From Octopus sinensis (lineage: Eukaryota): a DNA stretch of 64,000 nt. How positions within the stretch are numbered: the stretch's first letter is position 1; every line of letters begins with the position of its first letter. Both the position numbers and the translations under genes were made by a program. Below the pieces are notes generated by a model. That model did not search any database. It saw nothing but the letters and a program-made list of their open reading frames with translations, and was not told where the DNA came from. Positions 61,170 through 64,000 of this stretch are shown here, piece by piece. The stretch is taken from contig NC_042997.1 in assembly GCF_006345805.1 (NCBI RefSeq), positions 209,188,001 to 209,252,000 of the forward strand. The letters run 5' to 3'.

Positions 61170-61965
61170 ATCCCTTTGGAGTTTCCTGAGGGCAATAAGT
61201 TGATGGTTGCAAGAAAACCATGAGCTGGAGAGAGAATTGGCTCAACTTGTTAAAAGGAGGCAACAACACACACCAACATTACTTCACTCTGAAGATGTGA
61301 CAGTGAAAGTCTAGATACGTTGAAGGATCTAGTAATTTTACTGCTTCGAGAATAGTACAAATAACTTCTAGCGCAGCTCGTGATCCTATCTTCTTCAACT
61401 GTTCTTAATGTCAGGCCTGTCTGGCGAGATTCTGGGAAGGACTGAGTATTAAGGGCTTTGCCAAAGGGCCCAGTGGTGCACAGGATATGGTAAATAAAAG
61501 AAGACACGAGGAGTGTTGATATTGGATGAATGGAGATGGTATGAGATTAACCAGTTCTGAAGAGCAGAAGCCGTTATAGTAGAAGTAGAAAAATCAGGGA
61601 GGAGGGTCAGCACCGTCTATGGGTCAGAAGTTGTAGTAACGGCACCATCCCATTGATGGGAGCAGTAGTACTCTCTCGTTATGAGCTGGGGGAGAGAATG
61701 GGCTAAACCTGCTATAAGGAGGCAACAATACACACCAACATCATTTCCCTCTGAAGATGTGACAGTGAAAGTCTAGATACGCTGATGAAGGTTCTAGTAA
61801 TTTTACTGCTTCAAGCATAGTACAAATAACTTTTGTAAAGGGTTGATAGTTATTAAAGTTGGGGCTCAAGTTTTCGTCTGGATCTAAAGAGAAAGGTTTA
61901 CTCCAAGCGATTTAGTCTTTGTTGAATCGAGAATGTGCAAGAAGCAGCATTTCTTTTCCTAGACG
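61170..61965 (-). mobile_element. Highly decayed CR1-group LINE fragment
   Basis: Minus-strand motifs EYYCSHQWDGA and HRR..FYFYYNGFCSSELVNLIP; many stops. Confidence 0.5.
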
Positions 61966-61971
61966 CTATAT

Positions 61972-62250
61972 CAATGGTTCTCAAAGTGGGCAGTATTGCT
62001 CCTCGTCCCCCAGGGGAGGTGAAAAGTTCCAAGAGGAGCGTGGAAGAAAAGTGGGGCGATAGTGGGGTAGCGATTCATGTAAAGACTACAAAATAATGGG
62101 TTCTTTAGGTTTATTTGTGAAATACAGCTGCTTCGAATTTGCTTCAGAAACAGGTCTATGTTTGTGATGGTTAGCTGGGGAAGCGGCGCTAGGAATGTGG
62201 CCTAGGTGTCAAGGGGGAGGCAGCCAAAAAAAAAAAAAAAGGAAACACTG
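61972..62250. mobile_element. hAT MITE
   Basis: CAATGGTTCTCAAAGTG...GGAAACACTG; perfect 8-bp TSD CGCTATAT (61964-61971, 62251-62258). Confidence 0.85.
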
Positions 62251-62429
62251 CGCTATATTAACGACCGTTTGTCTATTATTACTATAGGTGTACTACTTAT
62301 ACTGCTGTCATTGTTCCCTGTGGGCAGGCCCTCTCTCTCTGTCTCTAACCCGGTAGAAAGAGGGCTACCTCTGTCCCTTTCTAATCTTTCGGTTCCACTC
62401 CCTCTCTCAGTAAAGAGGTTTTTGTCTTG

Positions 62430-62635
62430 TAAGTTTGCGGGTGCTGATTCCACGTAAAAAGCGCCCACTACACTCTGTAAAGTGGTTGGCATTAGGAAAA
62501 GCATTCATAAAACCATGTCAAAACAGACAAATGGAGCCTGATGCGGCCTACTGGCTTATCAGCTCCTGTCAAACCGTCCAATCCATGCCAGCATGGAAAA
62601 AAGGACGTTAATTTATAATGATGATGATGATGATG
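62430..62635 (+). mobile_element. Family B copy
   Basis: CACGTAAAAAGCGCCCACTAC...CCATGCCAGCATGG..GATGATG. Confidence 0.8.
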
Positions 62636-63326
62636 TATTTGTTGCTATGTATTTATGCTTGTGTTGTTCTGTGCCTTGTCTCTTAGTTCAGTTGAATGTG
62701 TCAACCCCTGTACTTATCTTTTCAAGCCTGGCACTATTCTATCGGTCTCTTTCGCCGAATTGCTAAGTTACGGAGACGTAAGCAAACCACCGGCTGTCAA
62801 GTGGTGGCGGGGAACAAACACACACGCAGAGTTCTCTCTGAGAACTACATTAAGGGTACGCGTGTCTGTAGAGTGCTCAGCCAATTGCACGTTAATTAAG
62901 GCTGTTCTGTTGATCAGATCAACTGGAATACTCGTCGTCGTAACCGACGGAGGGCCAGTCATTTCATTTCTTGCCGGAATATTATGTCACGAAATTCAGT
63001 TTTATTTGTATAGCTCCGAGTTTTAAATGTTCGTATACTGTTGCTTTTTAGGTTTAAGTATTTTTTTCGCAAGATTCTTGATGTGAAATAGAGTGTTAAA
63101 ACAAATATTGTTAAATGTAGGGACGGTCATTTTGCCAATAAACACACGCACTACATATTTGATCTTCACTTTAGCTTTATCATTATTATTAATTATTGTT
63201 TATTTGTCAGAGTTCTTTCGTAACACATTCTTTGACCCCTTCAATGACTTCTTGTTCTTCTTTCTTGCCTTATCCAATATATTCCATCTTGTGGTACGGA
63301 TGCATTTGCGTCTAAGTTTGTGTGTG

Positions 63327-63490
63327 CAGGGCGGACCCGGTGGGGGCGGGTCTGAAGGGCACATACCCCCCCTCTCTTAGGAAAAGAAGTGCGCCCTTCT
63401 AAATAATGTTATTACGCTCTTTTCTCCCGGAATTGTATTCTCTTCTGACCTTGTGCCTTCCTTTCGAAAAATTCCTGGCACCGCGCCTTG
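63327..63490. mobile_element. Small MITE with imperfect CAGGGCGG-type TIRs
   Basis: CAGGGCGGACCCGG / CCTGGCACCGCGCCTTG; 8-bp flanks TGTGTGTG / TGTGTATG. Confidence 0.5.
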
Positions 63491-64000
63491 TGTGTATGCG
63501 TGTCTTGTCTGCATAGGTTTGTATATTGCACTGTTTGCTAGGTCGTGGAGTGAAGGTATTACTATTCCATCCGCGTTTCCTGTTGGTGCTAGGTCTACTA
63601 TCTATGGTGTGTGGCCTCTGTAATCTGTTTGAGTGTCGAGTCAGGTCTATGTGTACATAAGATCTTATATGTTATCTATCGATTCCCCATGTGTTAGTTT
63701 AGCATGTTAGTATAGCAGTGGCGAGTTTTTCTCCCTTGAGTTCCCGCCAGTGTTCCTTTATCTTCTCACCTATGCTACGAGCTGTCTCTTCAATATGCCT
63801 TTGTCATGTTTCTGCACCATCCCTCTGTACACATTCTATAGACTGCATTACTAGTTTTGTAGCTTATCTGTGGTCTTACCCTATACAGGTCCTATCAGTA
63901 GAAAGGGTTCTTTTTAAAGAGATATGTTCTACTGATCAAGGATTTTAAGGGAGTTCTTGGCCTTTCTCCTACTTCAATTCATAGATTCAGTTTATCTGAG

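Overview
AT-rich, repeat-saturated eukaryotic DNA. The repeat landscape (tRNA-derived SINE families, long (TA)n/(CA)n/(ATG)n/(AAT)n tracts, RTE/CR1/R4/HERO LINE ends, Tc1-mariner/hAT/piggyBac MITEs) is what I associate with an octopus (coleoid cephalopod) genome; the species is inference, not verified. I found no credible host protein-coding exon. The ORFs I examined are microsatellite read-through, SINE sequence or decayed transposon fragments. Recognisable fossils include RTE RT (YADD, 4.7 kb) and RTE 3' ends (6.5 and 35.7 kb); Tc1, mariner DD34D and maT DD37D transposase pieces nested at 26.5-28.6 kb; CR1-group 3' ends (41, 53 and 61.5 kb); an R4/Dong-like end in (AAT)n (46.2 kb); and a HERO-like end (57.9 kb). 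The most unusual signal is a set of minimal Penelope-type hammerhead ribozyme (HHR) motifs in two non-autonomous families. One family has a Pol III tRNA-like head upstream of a canonical CUGAUGA hammerhead and occurs as a head-to-head ~420-nt foldback at 44.7-45.1 kb. The other (four copies beside microsatellites) carries A6U or U4C core variants. Also notable: a self-concatenated SINE array (7.7-8.7 kb), a piggyBac-like MITE dimer apparently moving as one unit, a near-perfect 190-bp AT palindrome (30.4 kb), a 1.2-kb TIR element with a 6-bp TSD, and a shift from CpG-depleted to CpG-rich unique DNA near 42.6-43 kb. Family letters (A-D, G, I, H1, H2) are my own labels. Coordinates were read by eye, so the ends of decayed repeats are approximate.
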